A stretch of DNA of 64,000 bases from Bacillales bacterium (lineage in GTDB: Bacteria; Bacillota; Bacilli; Paenibacillales; CANHCR01): positions 143,421 through 207,420 of the forward strand of contig CANHCR010000001.1 in assembly GCA_947459205.1 (NCBI GenBank), in the 5' to 3' direction. Both the position numbers and the translations under genes were made by a program. Below, one piece after another: positions 44,634 through 57,076 of this stretch (position 1 is its first letter; every line of letters starts with the position of its first letter). The notes beneath the pieces are model-generated. The model searched no databases, was not told the DNA's origin, and saw only the letters and a list, made by a program, of their open reading frames with translations.

Positions 44634-46828
44634 ATTGGCGTAATGTAATCGTTGGCCTATTATGCGCTGTGCTACTGCTGACTTCGTTTGCGACATATAG
44701 CCCTACGGTTACGCTTGCGAAAGGACGAGTGCCAGACACCATTCGCGTTGCCTTGTTTATCGACATCGGCAAATTTTATCGCGGCACGGTGGCGTCGGTT
44801 AGCTTGTCTGCTTCCCCGCGCACTGCACTCAGTTCGAGTAAGAAACCGGTTGCCGATGCGAGTGCTAGCAAAGCGTTGACGATTGGTGAGCGCACACCGC
44901 TGGGTGCGATTGTTCCGTGGTTTACGGTGCAAGGTACAGCGGCGCAGCAATTTGCGATGGACCAGTTCATGGTGGCTTTGCTGGAGACTGAGCGCTGGAG
45001 CGAGGCGAAAGCTTTAAGTGATAAAATGAGCGGCACGACGACCGACAAACCGCACATCGATACGGTGTATCGTAAAGGCAAAGCGATGTTTCGCGTGCTG
45101 GCGGGGATGTATGCGACCCGTAGCGACGCTCAATCCGCGCGGAACCGATTGTTATCGTCGCCACGTTTGAAACCGCTGCTTAAAGCAGACAGTGTGTATC
45201 TGATTGGAAATAAACGTTTGTTGACGGGAACGTATACGAAAGAAACGGATGCCCTCGCACAGATGCAGTTGTTGCGAATGAGAGGGTTGCACCCTGCACT
45301 TAATTTAATCGCCGACAGCAAAGGCGTAGTAACGTATGTCATCAGTGTCGGTGAAGCGACCGATGATGCAGAGTTAGAGACAGTAAAAAGCGAAACGCTC
45401 AAAGCATTTCCTGGATTGTTGTTGACCATCAAACCACTCGACTGGAGCGGGCGCACGTATTTGCACAAAAAAGAGGCGGTATTGCCAGCAGGCGACAGTT
45501 ACGTCACATCTGGACTCTATTTCTTCAATCCTGTCGGACAGCGCGTGGTAGTTAGTGCTGCGCAGGATGGAATTCGTGTGGACGAGCGGGGGAGCCGAAT
45601 TTATCGCGGGACCTTCGAATTGTTGCGCCACAACGGCGTGCTCACTGTGATTAATGTGCTGCCGTTTGAGACGTACTTATGTTCGGTGGTTGGTGCTGAG
45701 ATGGGCTCGTTATTTCCTGATGATGCACTGCGTGCACAGGCGATCATCGCTCGTACTTATGCGGCGGCGCAAGGATTGAAGTACCAAATTGCACATGTCT
45801 CTGATACGACGTTCGATCAAGCATATATGGGCGTAGGTAGTGAGGCGCCAAAAGTGACAGCGGCCGTCAAATTTACCGAAGATATGCTGCTTACGTACAA
45901 GAATGAGTTGATTAGTGCCGTTTACTTTTCAAATGCCGGCGGGGTAACAGCTGAACCTGATGAAGTGTGGGGTGGCGACCGGGCGTATTTTAAGAGTGTC
46001 GACAGCCCTGATGAAACGGGAATCCGCGATCGCTCGTTGTGGTACAGAGTGGTTACTTCGGACAACAATATCGGTTATGTTCACGAAACTAATGTAACCG
46101 ACAGCGGCCAAAAAAATCCGCTCGGTTTGCGCTATATGTCGGTCAAAACGAACAACACGTCAGTAAGACCGATGCCGAGTTCCAGTCCGACCGACAATTC
46201 GCCGGTGGATACACTGAAAAGCGGCGAGCAAGTGACGGTCATCGGACAAGATATGGGGTCCAATAGTTTTCAGTGGATTGAAGGGCCGTACAGCGCGGCA
46301 ATGATGCTGGAGACGATCAATGCAAAGGCGTCGAAAAAGATTGGTGGGCCGTTGCTCACGCTCGAGGTAACTAAACGGGGTGCATCGGGGCGAGCGATGG
46401 AAGTGAAAGCGAACAATCAGGTGATTGCCGTTCGTTCGCCGGACAGTTATCGTACGGTGATGGGTGGTCTTCGTAGTACGTTATTTGATATCGAACAAAC
46501 AGGCAGTTATACTGTTATGGGAACAGGCGGACAAAAGGTAAATTATCCGCAGAGTAAGCAAGAACTACATGTGTTGCAAGGCAAGCAGCTCATGAACGGT
46601 GAGCAAACGGCTGCGACGACTTTGTCATCGTCATCATTTGTGATTGTTGATGGCGATTTGCGTCTGCGCGTCGCCACTAAGGATGCTCGTTTTCGCTTTC
46701 TTGGCAAAGGGTTCGGTCACGGACTTGGGCTCTCGCAGTGGGGCGCGATGGGATTGGCAGAAAAGGGCATGAATTACGAGCAAATTCTCAAACATTATTA
46801 CACTGGTGTGAGTGTGACGAAGGAATGA
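44630..46828 (+). CDS. SpoIID/LytB-domain protein with N-terminal signal/anchor and SPOR-like and SH3-like inserts
   Basis: The SpoIID core is [12 protein letters not shown]...FDQAYMG......A...T....L.Y.....[11 protein letters not shown]. The C-terminal part is [32 protein letters not shown] start overlaps the ruvB stop. Confidence 0.85.
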   Translation: MNWRNVIVGLLCAVLLLTSFATYSPTVTLAKGRVPDTIRVALFIDIGKFYRGTVASVSLSASPRTALSSSKKPVADASASKALTIGERTPLGAIVPWFTVQGTAAQQFAMDQFMVALLETERWSEAKALSDKMSGTTTDKPHIDTVYRKGKAMFRVLAGMYATRSDAQSARNRLLSSPRLKPLLKADSVYLIGNKRLLTGTYTKETDALAQMQLLRMRGLHPALNLIADSKGVVTYVISVGEATDDAELETVKSETLKAFPGLLLTIKPLDWSGRTYLHKKEAVLPAGDSYVTSGLYFFNPVGQRVVVSAAQDGIRVDERGSRIYRGTFELLRHNGVLTVINVLPFETYLCSVVGAEMGSLFPDDALRAQAIIARTYAAAQGLKYQIAHVSDTTFDQAYMGVGSEAPKVTAAVKFTEDMLLTYKNELISAVYFSNAGGVTAEPDEVWGGDRAYFKSVDSPDETGIRDRSLWYRVVTSDNNIGYVHETNVTDSGQKNPLGLRYMSVKTNNTSVRPMPSSSPTDNSPVDTLKSGEQVTVIGQDMGSNSFQWIEGPYSAAMMLETINAKASKKIGGPLLTLEVTKRGASGRAMEVKANNQVIAVRSPDSYRTVMGGLRSTLFDIEQTGSYTVMGTGGQKVNYPQSKQELHVLQGKQLMNGEQTAATTLSSSSFVIVDGDLRLRVATKDARFRFLGKGFGHGLGLSQWGAMGLAEKGMNYEQILKHYYTGVSVTKE

Positions 46829-46838
46829 TGATAACAAC

Positions 46839-49033
<2,195 letters not shown>

Positions 49034-49050
49034 GAAAGGGGGAGAGCGCA

Positions 49051-49368
49051 ATGTTATTTTTGAACCAAGCAGCATCGGGCGGAGCAGGGATGTTCACGAC
49101 GTTTTTTCTGCCACTAATTTTAATGGTGGTCGTTTTCTATTTCCTGATTTTGCGCCCATCACAAAAGCGCAACAAAGAGCGTGCAAAAATGTTGACTTCC
49201 GTAGAAAAAGGTGCGAAAATCGTCACGATTGGTGGCTTGCACGGAACCATCGAGGAATTAACGGATGACAAAGTCACGTTGAAAACGGCTGACGGCACGA
49301 GATTGACGTTTGACCGTGATGCAATCGGTCGCGTCGTCACTGAGCAAACGACAGAAAAAACGAAATAA
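49051..49368 (+). CDS. yajC: Preprotein translocase subunit YajC
   Basis: It has one TM segment followed by RP..KR.KE...M...L..G..V.T.GG..G.I. An AAGGGGGAG RBS is present. Confidence 0.9.
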   Translation: MLFLNQAASGGAGMFTTFFLPLILMVVVFYFLILRPSQKRNKERAKMLTSVEKGAKIVTIGGLHGTIEELTDDKVTLKTADGTRLTFDRDAIGRVVTEQTTEKTK

Positions 49369-49382
49369 TCTTTCAGGCACAC

Positions 49383-49417
49383 AAAAAGGCTACGCACTCG
49401 AATGCGTAGCCTTTTTT
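49383..49417. terminator. Bidirectional rho-independent terminator
   Basis: AAAAA-GGCTACGCA-ctcgaa-TGCGTAGCC-TTTTTT lies between convergent yajC and the PAP2_3-like gene. Confidence 0.9.
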
Positions 49418-49432
49418 GCTTGAAATCACCGT

Positions 49433-50287
49433 TTACATCTTCTCGTTATAATCGCGTGCTTGACCGAAGAGTGGCCATCTCATTTTACGGAACCACAATC
49501 TGCCTTCGACAACGCGCAAACTGACAGTTGCCGCGAACACACCGAGCAATACGCCAGCGAACATATCAACGACCCAATGAATGCCCATGTAGAAAATGGA
49601 GAAAATGATAATCACTGCACTAATCGAAGCGGTCCAGCGCCAAAGCACGAGTTTGGATCGCAACGCAATCAAGGCAATCGTAACCGATACGGAAGTGTGC
49701 AAACTTGGCAGACAGTTATCGAGACCGGATAGCGGGCGATATTCCTGCTCAAAGGTCGGAAAGAAATCAAGCATCAAAAACTGCACTTTTTGCGGAATGT
49801 GATACCACACTTCGTTTACCGGTACGAACAAATAAAACGGAATCGCCAGCAAATAGTTGATAATAATCGCATAGATGAATGCGTAGTATAAATGAAATTG
49901 TTTCGTGTGCGTGTAGATGGCAATCGAAGCGGCAAGCAATGCAGTGAAGATGACAACGTAGAAAAATCCGAGAATAAACGTCAACCACTCATGCTCAAAG
50001 ATGCGCTGAATCCAATAGACGATATCGCCCTCAAATCGATAAATATGAGGGGTGAAGTCTGCTGGAGTCACCATCTGTCGCTCCAACCAAAGTTCGAATT
50101 TGTTAATCACGAGAATGCTAATCAGTGCCAAAAAATGCAATAGATATTTTGGTGATTGATAAAGATTTTTCACGAATAAGCCAGTTGTTTTGAACGGGTT
50201 GGCACGCAGATGTATGAGTAAAAGAAAAAACACGCTGATCGCAATAAGCAACGTAACTTGATTCATCGATGTAATCATCACGTACAA
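49433..50287 (-). CDS. Polytopic membrane protein of the PAP2_3 / inositolphosphorylceramide-synthase-like (sphingomyelin-synthase-type) phosphatase superfamily
   Basis: It has 6-7 hydrophobic helices. The C-terminal motifs are LPSLHTSVSV......R and GIHWVVDMFAGVLLG, matching the H...D catalytic pair of PAP2-related transferases. The assignment is tentative. Confidence 0.55.
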   Translation of the reverse strand: MYVMITSMNQVTLLIAISVFFLLLIHLRANPFKTTGLFVKNLYQSPKYLLHFLALISILVINKFELWLERQMVTPADFTPHIYRFEGDIVYWIQRIFEHEWLTFILGFFYVVIFTALLAASIAIYTHTKQFHLYYAFIYAIIINYLLAIPFYLFVPVNEVWYHIPQKVQFLMLDFFPTFEQEYRPLSGLDNCLPSLHTSVSVTIALIALRSKLVLWRWTASISAVIIIFSIFYMGIHWVVDMFAGVLLGVFAATVSLRVVEGRLWFRKMRWPLFGQARDYNEKM

Positions 50288-50352
50288 CCTCCAATCCGAA
50301 GTGCGATTTTATCATTATATCATAATGGGTCGAATATGACATCAGAAGAGAA

Positions 50353-50748
50353 CTATTTACGGCGAATCGGCTGTGACGTCCATAAAGCGCAAGCCATCGC
50401 GAACGCGATTGCCAGCCCAATCAACAGCAGTCCGCCCCACTCAAACGATTGATCGCTAAAAAAGTAGGCGGCCAACCAGACGAGCAACGAATAAGCGACG
50501 GAAATGCGGATACCGTTAAAGATTGGGCGTTTTTTACGACGCATCATGATGTGCGCGGTTCCGAAATAAATCGCAGCAAGGTGGCAACCGTATACGAGTG
50601 TGTTGAACAGCCATAATGGCAAATCAATAAAGTACATCGCGGCATTGACGCCCATCGAACAGATGAGTAATGCAGCGAACGCGGCCACCAGCCCGCTCAA
50701 CATCGAAGAGCGAATGCGCCGACTTAAAAAACGATGAATCCATTTCAT
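50353..50748 (-). CDS. Small 4-TM membrane protein (possibly YrzE/TIGR04086-like)
   Basis: GGAGGG lies 10 nt upstream of ATG 50748. The upstream part of the track ORF overlaps the next gene. The hydrophobic profile fits, and B. subtilis yrzE occupies a similar position. Confidence 0.5.
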   Translation of the reverse strand: MKWIHRFLSRRIRSSMLSGLVAAFAALLICSMGVNAAMYFIDLPLWLFNTLVYGCHLAAIYFGTAHIMMRRKKRPIFNGIRISVAYSLLVWLAAYFFSDQSFEWGGLLLIGLAIAFAMACALWTSQPIRRK

Positions 50749-50789
50749 AGATGTAAGTCCCTCCGAGCAACAGCCGATGAATAAATGAA

Positions 50790-52103
50790 CTATAAAAACA
50801 GAAGATAGCGCAAGTAGATGTATGCGTGTGCGAGCACGAGCGATACCATCGTGATCGGAAATCCGATTTTGAGAAATTCCCAATAACTAAACCCGTGCCC
50901 CTCACGAGAGGCGAGACCGGCGACGATGACATTTGCTGACGCACCGATAATCGTCATATTACCGCCCAAGCAAGCACCAAGTGCCAACGACCACCAGAGT
51001 GTATTGATTTGTGGCGAGTCGATTGCCAGATTCAAATCGCCTGCCATGCTTTCAATGAGCGGAATCATCGTCGCAACAAACGGGATATTATCGATAAAAC
51101 CGGAGGCAATCCCGGACACCCATAAAATCACCAGTGCCGTCGCTTCCACTTCGTAATTCGTCCATTCGAGAAATTGCGTAGCCATACTTTTGATGACACC
51201 AGAAGCTTGCAATCCACCCACTAGAGCGAACAAACCGACAAAGAAAAAGATGGTCGCCCACTCGACGCTGTCGAACGCTTCTTCGACGTCGTGTTCGCGC
51301 AATCCAATCAGCATCAGCACCGTCGCACCGAGCATCGCAATCACCGACGAATCGACATGAATGACGGAATGCAAGACAAATCCTAAAATCGTCAAACCGA
51401 GCACAAACAATGACTTTTTCATCAGCGGCACATCGGTAATATATTCGTCTTCCTTCAATGACATCAGCATTTTACTTTTTTCTGCATCAAACTTCAATTG
51501 TTTGCGATAGATGAAGTAGAGCATCACCAAGGTCACGCACATGATGATGAGTGCAATCGGTCCTAAGTTGAATAAAAATGCATTGAACGTCAAATGCGGA
51601 TTTTCCGAACCAATCATAATATTCGGTGGATCGCCGATTAAAGTCGCGGTGCCGCCAATATTCGAAGCGATAATTTCGGCGATTAAATAGGGTACCGGAT
51701 TGATGCCAAGGATGCGTGTAATCGAAAAAGTCACAGGCACAATAAGCAGTACGGTCGTTACATTGTCAAGAAAAGCGGAAGCGAACGCCGTCATCGCAGA
51801 AAGCGTGATGAGCAAGCGCAGCGGATCGCCCTTGACCCGCTTAGCAGCTTTAATCGCGACATACTGAAACACGCCCGTTTTTGCCGTGATGCCGACCAAA
51901 ATCATCATCCCGACGAGCAATGCAATTGTACTCCATTCTATGTAATCCTCGAAGACCTGGTGAATATCGGTGATGCCGAACACGACCATCAACCCCGCAC
52001 CGAACAAGGCGATGACAGAGCGATGAATTTTTTCCGAGATAATAATGCCATATGTAATGAGAAAGATGACGATGGCTATGTAAAATTGCCACTCTAGCGA
52101 CAT
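50790..52103 (-). CDS. ArsB/NhaD-superfamily anion permease (citrate-transporter-like domain)
   Basis: It is 437 aa with ~11-12 TM helices. It has an internal two-fold repeat with a central charged loop (KQLKFDAEKSKMLMSLKEDEY). Motifs such as GG.ATLIGDPPN and GG..T.IGASAN are typical of this superfamily. Confidence 0.65.
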   Translation of the reverse strand: MSLEWQFYIAIVIFLITYGIIISEKIHRSVIALFGAGLMVVFGITDIHQVFEDYIEWSTIALLVGMMILVGITAKTGVFQYVAIKAAKRVKGDPLRLLITLSAMTAFASAFLDNVTTVLLIVPVTFSITRILGINPVPYLIAEIIASNIGGTATLIGDPPNIMIGSENPHLTFNAFLFNLGPIALIIMCVTLVMLYFIYRKQLKFDAEKSKMLMSLKEDEYITDVPLMKKSLFVLGLTILGFVLHSVIHVDSSVIAMLGATVLMLIGLREHDVEEAFDSVEWATIFFFVGLFALVGGLQASGVIKSMATQFLEWTNYEVEATALVILWVSGIASGFIDNIPFVATMIPLIESMAGDLNLAIDSPQINTLWWSLALGACLGGNMTIIGASANVIVAGLASREGHGFSYWEFLKIGFPITMVSLVLAHAYIYLRYLLFL

Positions 52104-52241
52104 AGAGGAAACCTCCGTTAATCGAATAAACTTCTAACAGTATACTCGATAATCGCCATTTGCGCATGTTTTTATGAATGAATCAGTGCATAGGCGGACA
52201 CGATACACTTGTTGAGAAGTTGCTACGTTCCGGAGGGCACT

Positions 52242-52892
52242 ATGGACATTTGGATTATTTTTATGCGTACCGTCCTGATTTACTTTATCATTTTTGCAAT
52301 CTTGCGATTGATGGGCAAACGCGAAATTGGCAAATTGTCGATTTTCGACCTCATCATCTCCGTTATGATTGCTGAAATTGCAGTATTCGTCATCGAAGAT
52401 CCGAACAAACCGTTCGTCTACGGCTTATTACCGATGCTCGTCCTCGTCGCCGTGCAGTTGGCGCTCTCTTTTGTGCAACTCAAAAGTCAGCGCATTCGTT
52501 CGCTGTTAGATGGAAAACCAAGCATTTTAATCCAAAACGGACGACTCGACATACGTGAAATGCGTCGTCAACGCTACAGTTTGGACGATTTGTTGCAACA
52601 ACTTCGCGAGAAAGATGTGGCTGGCGTGTCCGACGTCGAGTTTGCGATTCTCGAAAATTCCGGAAAGTTGAGTGTCTTCAAAAAAAGCGACGACCCCGCA
52701 CAACCTCCGCTACCGCTCGTCATGGACGGGATCATTCAAACGGAACATTTGCAGAAGCTTGGAAAAAGTGAGCGTTGGTTGAAGAAGCATTTAGAAATCG
52801 AGGGGATTGACGATGTGCGTGATGTGTTCTATTGTTCGCTCGAATCAGAGGAACCGTTGCGTTGGATGATACAGTTGAAAAATGCGAACTGA
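52242..52892 (+). CDS. DUF421-domain membrane protein (YetF/YrbG-like)
   Basis: The pattern is R....Y......LRLMGKRE.G.LS.FDL......AE.A, followed by a C-terminal soluble domain. A GGAGGG RBS lies 4 nt upstream of ATG 52242. It is syntenic with B. subtilis yrbG next to spoVB. Confidence 0.8.
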   Translation: MDIWIIFMRTVLIYFIIFAILRLMGKREIGKLSIFDLIISVMIAEIAVFVIEDPNKPFVYGLLPMLVLVAVQLALSFVQLKSQRIRSLLDGKPSILIQNGRLDIREMRRQRYSLDDLLQQLREKDVAGVSDVEFAILENSGKLSVFKKSDDPAQPPLPLVMDGIIQTEHLQKLGKSERWLKKHLEIEGIDDVRDVFYCSLESEEPLRWMIQLKNAN

Positions 52893-52893
52893 A

Positions 52894-54441
52894 TTATGCG
52901 CTGACTCGCCCGAATAATTTTTTAAAATGACTGAACGAGACGATGCGAAATGCGAACAGGAAGCAGACGTAACAAGCGAGTGCCAGCAGCGGGGCGATAA
53001 TCGTATGTGCCATTCCTTGCATACTCGCAGTAATCTGCTCGGCAAACAGCGCCAGCGCCGTCATGAAGGTACCACAAAGAAAGAGTAATGGTAGTTGCAA
53101 ATTGCGCGTTCTGAGTTCGCTACTTTTGCGCACACTGAACCAGTGCAGCAACGCGGTCAAAAGGATATTGATGTTAATGGCGATGAGCGCACCGGTGATG
53201 CCGAGTTGCGGCGACGAGGCGAGCATGTAGATTAGTGTCAGTTTGACGATTGCCGCCAGCAACGTGTTGCGCAAAGCGACAGCGGAGCGGTCGAGCGCCT
53301 GGAGCGCTGCTTGGAGCGGTCCTTGTACATAAAGAAACAATGCCACTGGCGCCATCCATTGTAACATGTAGGCGATTTCACTGTTGTTATACATAAGACG
53401 GCAAATTGGCTCGGCAAACACGAACATCATGACAGCGAACGGGATGCCGCAGACGATGCACAATTTGAGCGACTGTTGTAGGCGGCTCCGTATGAGCGGG
53501 AAATCACCGCGTGCGTAGGCTTGTGAGATGGCAGGAATGAGCGCCAGCGAGAGCGAGTAAGTGAGAGCGTTGGGCAACACGAGAATGGGGATGATCATCC
53601 CTTGCAAAATGCCGTACAGTGCTGTTCCTTGTTGGGCGCTAATGCCGGCTAACGCTAAACTTTGGATGATAAGAATGGATTCAAAAAAATAGGAGGTCGA
53701 TGCGACCAGTTTGTTGGCGGTCATCGGTGATGCCAGTTTCAATATTTTTCTAAGAGTGTGCGTCGATGAAGTAGCGACAATTTTAGTTTTGTTCGGTCGT
53801 TCGTGCAATGCGCTTCGCCGACGGTATACTAGTAAATAAATGAGCCCGCCCAGTTCGCCGAGCACCACGCCACTCATCGCGCCCGCCGCCGCCCACGCCA
53901 AACCGTAAGGCAAACAAAGCTTTGCGATGATAACGACGGCAAACAATCTTACGACGGTCTCAACCAATTGTGATATTGCAGTCGGAATCATGTTGTGTTT
54001 GCCTTGATAATAGCCGCGCAATACCGAGGAAATACCAACGATGAATAGCATCGGTACGGTCGTTAAAAAGGCTGGATAGACTCGTTCGTCACGGAACAAG
54101 TGGATGCTCATCCATTGAGCACTTGCGACACACACGAGCGCACAAATGGTGCTTACGGCAACCACGCACCATAACGAAACACGTACAATCCGCTTGACTT
54201 CCGCATGATTGCCGGCCTGTTCCTCTTCGGCAACCAACTTTGCAATCGCTGTCGGCAGCCCGCCGCTAATGACCGTAAGCAGAAGGATTAGGAAAGGATA
54301 AGTTAATTGAAATAACCCCACACCTTCGGCGCCAATCACACGCGGCAGGATAATCCGCGGGACGAAGCCGAGCAGGCGATTGATCATCCCTGAAACAAAC
54401 AACGTTAAGGTGCCTTGCATGAATGATTGTTTCAACGGCAA
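52894..54441 (-). CDS. spoVB: Stage V sporulation protein B (MOP-superfamily flippase)
   Basis: The N-terminus is ..LKQSFMQGTLTLFVSGMINRLLGFVPRIILPRVIGAEGVG, matching the SpoVB N-terminus. It has 14 TM helices, and synteny supports the call. TTG start. Confidence 0.85.
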   Translation of the reverse strand: MPLKQSFMQGTLTLFVSGMINRLLGFVPRIILPRVIGAEGVGLFQLTYPFLILLLTVISGGLPTAIAKLVAEEEQAGNHAEVKRIVRVSLWCVVAVSTICALVCVASAQWMSIHLFRDERVYPAFLTTVPMLFIVGISSVLRGYYQGKHNMIPTAISQLVETVVRLFAVVIIAKLCLPYGLAWAAAGAMSGVVLGELGGLIYLLVYRRRSALHERPNKTKIVATSSTHTLRKILKLASPMTANKLVASTSYFFESILIIQSLALAGISAQQGTALYGILQGMIIPILVLPNALTYSLSLALIPAISQAYARGDFPLIRSRLQQSLKLCIVCGIPFAVMMFVFAEPICRLMYNNSEIAYMLQWMAPVALFLYVQGPLQAALQALDRSAVALRNTLLAAIVKLTLIYMLASSPQLGITGALIAININILLTALLHWFSVRKSSELRTRNLQLPLLFLCGTFMTALALFAEQITASMQGMAHTIIAPLLALACYVCFLFAFRIVSFSHFKKLFGRVSA

Positions 54442-54521
54442 GCCTCTTTCATTTTTACGAGTTTAAAGGTAATATCATGTATATGCGAGCATTTGATTCG
54501 TATGTGAAATGAGGGGTGCGA

Positions 54522-54815
54522 ATGAAGGATGAGTTGTTTTCTGGGTTGAGTGTTGGAGAGTTGCAGGATAGTGATACATCGTTGGATGACCGTGCGCTGA
54601 ATGAACTGGTCTGTGCGCTTTGCCATGCAAAGGCTGGCGATTTTCGAACGCTCGGATATACGGCAATCAGTGGTGAGGACATTTGGGCATGTATGAACAG
54701 CCGTTATGTCATGCACGGCGTGCCGAGTTTGCACATCCTCGTCGAGGATATTGCCTCATTGGCGATCAATGAATTCATGACGTGGCAGACACTTTCGATT
54801 TACAAGGACAAGTGA
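54522..54815 (+). CDS. comN: Post-transcriptional regulator ComN (YrzD)-like protein
   Basis: The ~97-aa ORF lies between spoVB and secDF, as in B. subtilis. GAGGGG lies 5 nt upstream of ATG 54522. Family recognition rests mainly on position and size. Confidence 0.6.
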   Translation: MKDELFSGLSVGELQDSDTSLDDRALNELVCALCHAKAGDFRTLGYTAISGEDIWACMNSRYVMHGVPSLHILVEDIASLAINEFMTWQTLSIYKDK

Positions 54816-54903
54816 AAACTAGATATACATAACTTTTGACGATGCAAAACGCAATCGGTATAATGAGAAAGTATTGAAATTGGAGAGGGGATACATACCG
54901 ACT

Positions 54904-56148
54904 ATGAAGTACATACGCATGACCGCATTTGTATTTGTTGTTTTGGTTACGCTCGGCGTCGTGTTCTTTACCGGCGATTGGGTGCAAAAGCAGACGAACC
55001 TTGGCTTAGATTTGAAAGGCGGTTTCGAGATTTTGTACGAAGCATCGCCGCTTGATCCGGCGTTGCCAGTGACGAAAGAATCATTGAACCGTACGGCGAC
55101 TAGCCTTGCAAAACGGATTAATAAGGTAACGGGCGGAGTTGCTGAACCGCAAATTGACCCCGAAGGTGCGAACCGAATTCGCGTCAAATTGGCGATTATC
55201 GGCGACCAACAAAAAGTGCGTGATGTTTTGAAAAAGCCGGCGGAACTGACGTTCCGCAGCGGTGAAAATTTTGAGACGATTGAACTTTACGGTAGCGACT
55301 TCAAAGAAGAAGGCGCAAAGGTCTACTTTGATGATGCGAATATGCCAGCAATCGAAGTATCTGTTAAGGACGCTGCGAAGTTAGAAGCGATTACCAAAAA
55401 ACTTCAAGGTCAACAGTTGGCGATTTTCCTAGATGATCAAATGTTGACGAACCCAGTCGTGCAAGCGGTCATTTCGAACGGCGTCGCATCGATTACTGGC
55501 GGATATACGGTTGAACAAGCGAAGGAAATTGCGGATACAATTAACTTGGGCGCATTGCCTTTGAAATTGACTGAGAAATATAGCCAGTCTGTTGGTGCAA
55601 CCTTAGGGGAGGCGTCGTTGAAGCAGACCGTCTACGCAGGTCTTATCGCTTCGATTGCGATTTTAATTTTCATGCTTATCTTCTATCGTGTTCCAGGTTT
55701 TATTTCTGCAGTTTCGATTATTGCAAACATCTGGTTGTTATTGCTCGTCTTTAATTTGCTGAATGCAACACTTACTTTGCCAGGTATTGCCGCGTTCATT
55801 CTTGGTATTGGTATGGCAGTCGACGCCAACATTATTACCTTCGAGCGCATTAAGGATGAACTGCGCAGTGGCAAGACCATCATGTCGGCCCATAAAGCAG
55901 GTTCCAAACACTCGCTCCGCACAATTTTGGATGCGAACATTACGACCATCATCGCAGGTCTTGTGCTTTATTTTGTCGGTACCGGTCCAGTGCAAGGATT
56001 CGCTTTAATTCTTGTGATGAGTATTTTGGTTAGTATGATCACCAACGTATTGTTCTCGCGCTTCTTGATGGATTTGCTCATCCGAGCGAATGTATTCAAG
56101 AAAACACGCTATTTTGGTGTCAAGGAGGGTGAGATCAGTGCGCTATAA
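54904..56148 (+). CDS. secD: Protein translocase subunit SecD
   Basis: After an N-terminal TM segment comes LGLDLKGG. The C-terminal 6-TM RND-like bundle carries GIAAFILGIGMAVDANI. ATG 54904 is the probable start. Confidence 0.95.
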   Translation: MKYIRMTAFVFVVLVTLGVVFFTGDWVQKQTNLGLDLKGGFEILYEASPLDPALPVTKESLNRTATSLAKRINKVTGGVAEPQIDPEGANRIRVKLAIIGDQQKVRDVLKKPAELTFRSGENFETIELYGSDFKEEGAKVYFDDANMPAIEVSVKDAAKLEAITKKLQGQQLAIFLDDQMLTNPVVQAVISNGVASITGGYTVEQAKEIADTINLGALPLKLTEKYSQSVGATLGEASLKQTVYAGLIASIAILIFMLIFYRVPGFISAVSIIANIWLLLLVFNLLNATLTLPGIAAFILGIGMAVDANIITFERIKDELRSGKTIMSAHKAGSKHSLRTILDANITTIIAGLVLYFVGTGPVQGFALILVMSILVSMITNVLFSRFLMDLLIRANVFKKTRYFGVKEGEISAL

Positions 56149-57052
56149 TTTCAAACAGTTCGACATCGTCAAACATCGTAAAATCTACTTTTCAATTTCG
56201 CTCGCTATATTGGTCATCGGATTGATAGCACTGTCCATTTTCGGACTCAATTATGGCGTTGATTTTAAAGCAGGTACTGCGATTGATATCACGCTAGAAA
56301 AAACGGCTAGCAAGCAACAAATCTTGGATGTCATCAAAAAAACAGACATCAAAGAACCGTCGGAATTGCGCATTGGAACGGATAATAGCAAGCGCGTCAC
56401 GCTCCGTTTCGATGAAGTTTTGGTCGACAAAAAAGTATTTGCATTTGAAGATGAAATGCAAAAATCGTTCGGTGAGAAAACATCATTTGAAGTGAATGTT
56501 GTTGATCCGACGATTGCTCGCGAACTTGCATGGAAAGCGATTATCGGAGTACTGATTGCTTGTGTCGGGATTGTCATATATACTGTTATTCGTTTCGAGT
56601 GGCGCTTTGCTGTCGGAGCACTAATTGCTTTGTTCCACGATGCGTTTATGGTTATTGCCTTCTTCTCAATTTTCCAACTTGAAGTCAACTTGCCGTTTGT
56701 CGCAGCTGTATTGACGATTATCGGTTACTCGATTAACGATACGATCGTTATTTTTGACCGAATCCGTGAAAATGTGCGTTTCGGCAAGAAAAAGTCGTTC
56801 CCGCAACTCGAACAGCTGGTCAATACTAGCATATGGCAAGTGATGACCCGTTCGCTTAACACTGTGTTAACCGTAGTGTTCGCTGCGATTGCCTTGTTCG
56901 TTTTCGGCAGTGAATCGGTTGCGTTGTTCTCGCTGGCGATTCTCGTTGGTCTGATCAGCGGCGCATATTCGTCGATTTTTATCGCCAGTCCAATTTGGCT
57001 TTTACTCAAGAAAATCACGGATTACGCACCGAAGGAAGAAACGCAGGCATAA
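56138..57052 (+). CDS. secF: Protein translocase subunit SecF
   Basis: A GTG start lies 8 nt after AAGGAGGG and overlaps the secD 3' end by 11 nt. The pattern is ...GLNYGVDF.GGT... and ...IGYSINDTIVIFDRIREN. Confidence 0.95.
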   Translation: MRYNFKQFDIVKHRKIYFSISLAILVIGLIALSIFGLNYGVDFKAGTAIDITLEKTASKQQILDVIKKTDIKEPSELRIGTDNSKRVTLRFDEVLVDKKVFAFEDEMQKSFGEKTSFEVNVVDPTIARELAWKAIIGVLIACVGIVIYTVIRFEWRFAVGALIALFHDAFMVIAFFSIFQLEVNLPFVAAVLTIIGYSINDTIVIFDRIRENVRFGKKKSFPQLEQLVNTSIWQVMTRSLNTVLTVVFAAIALFVFGSESVALFSLAILVGLISGAYSSIFIASPIWLLLKKITDYAPKEETQA

Positions 57053-57076
57053 GTTGTTTTTACCAAGGGGTGTGCA

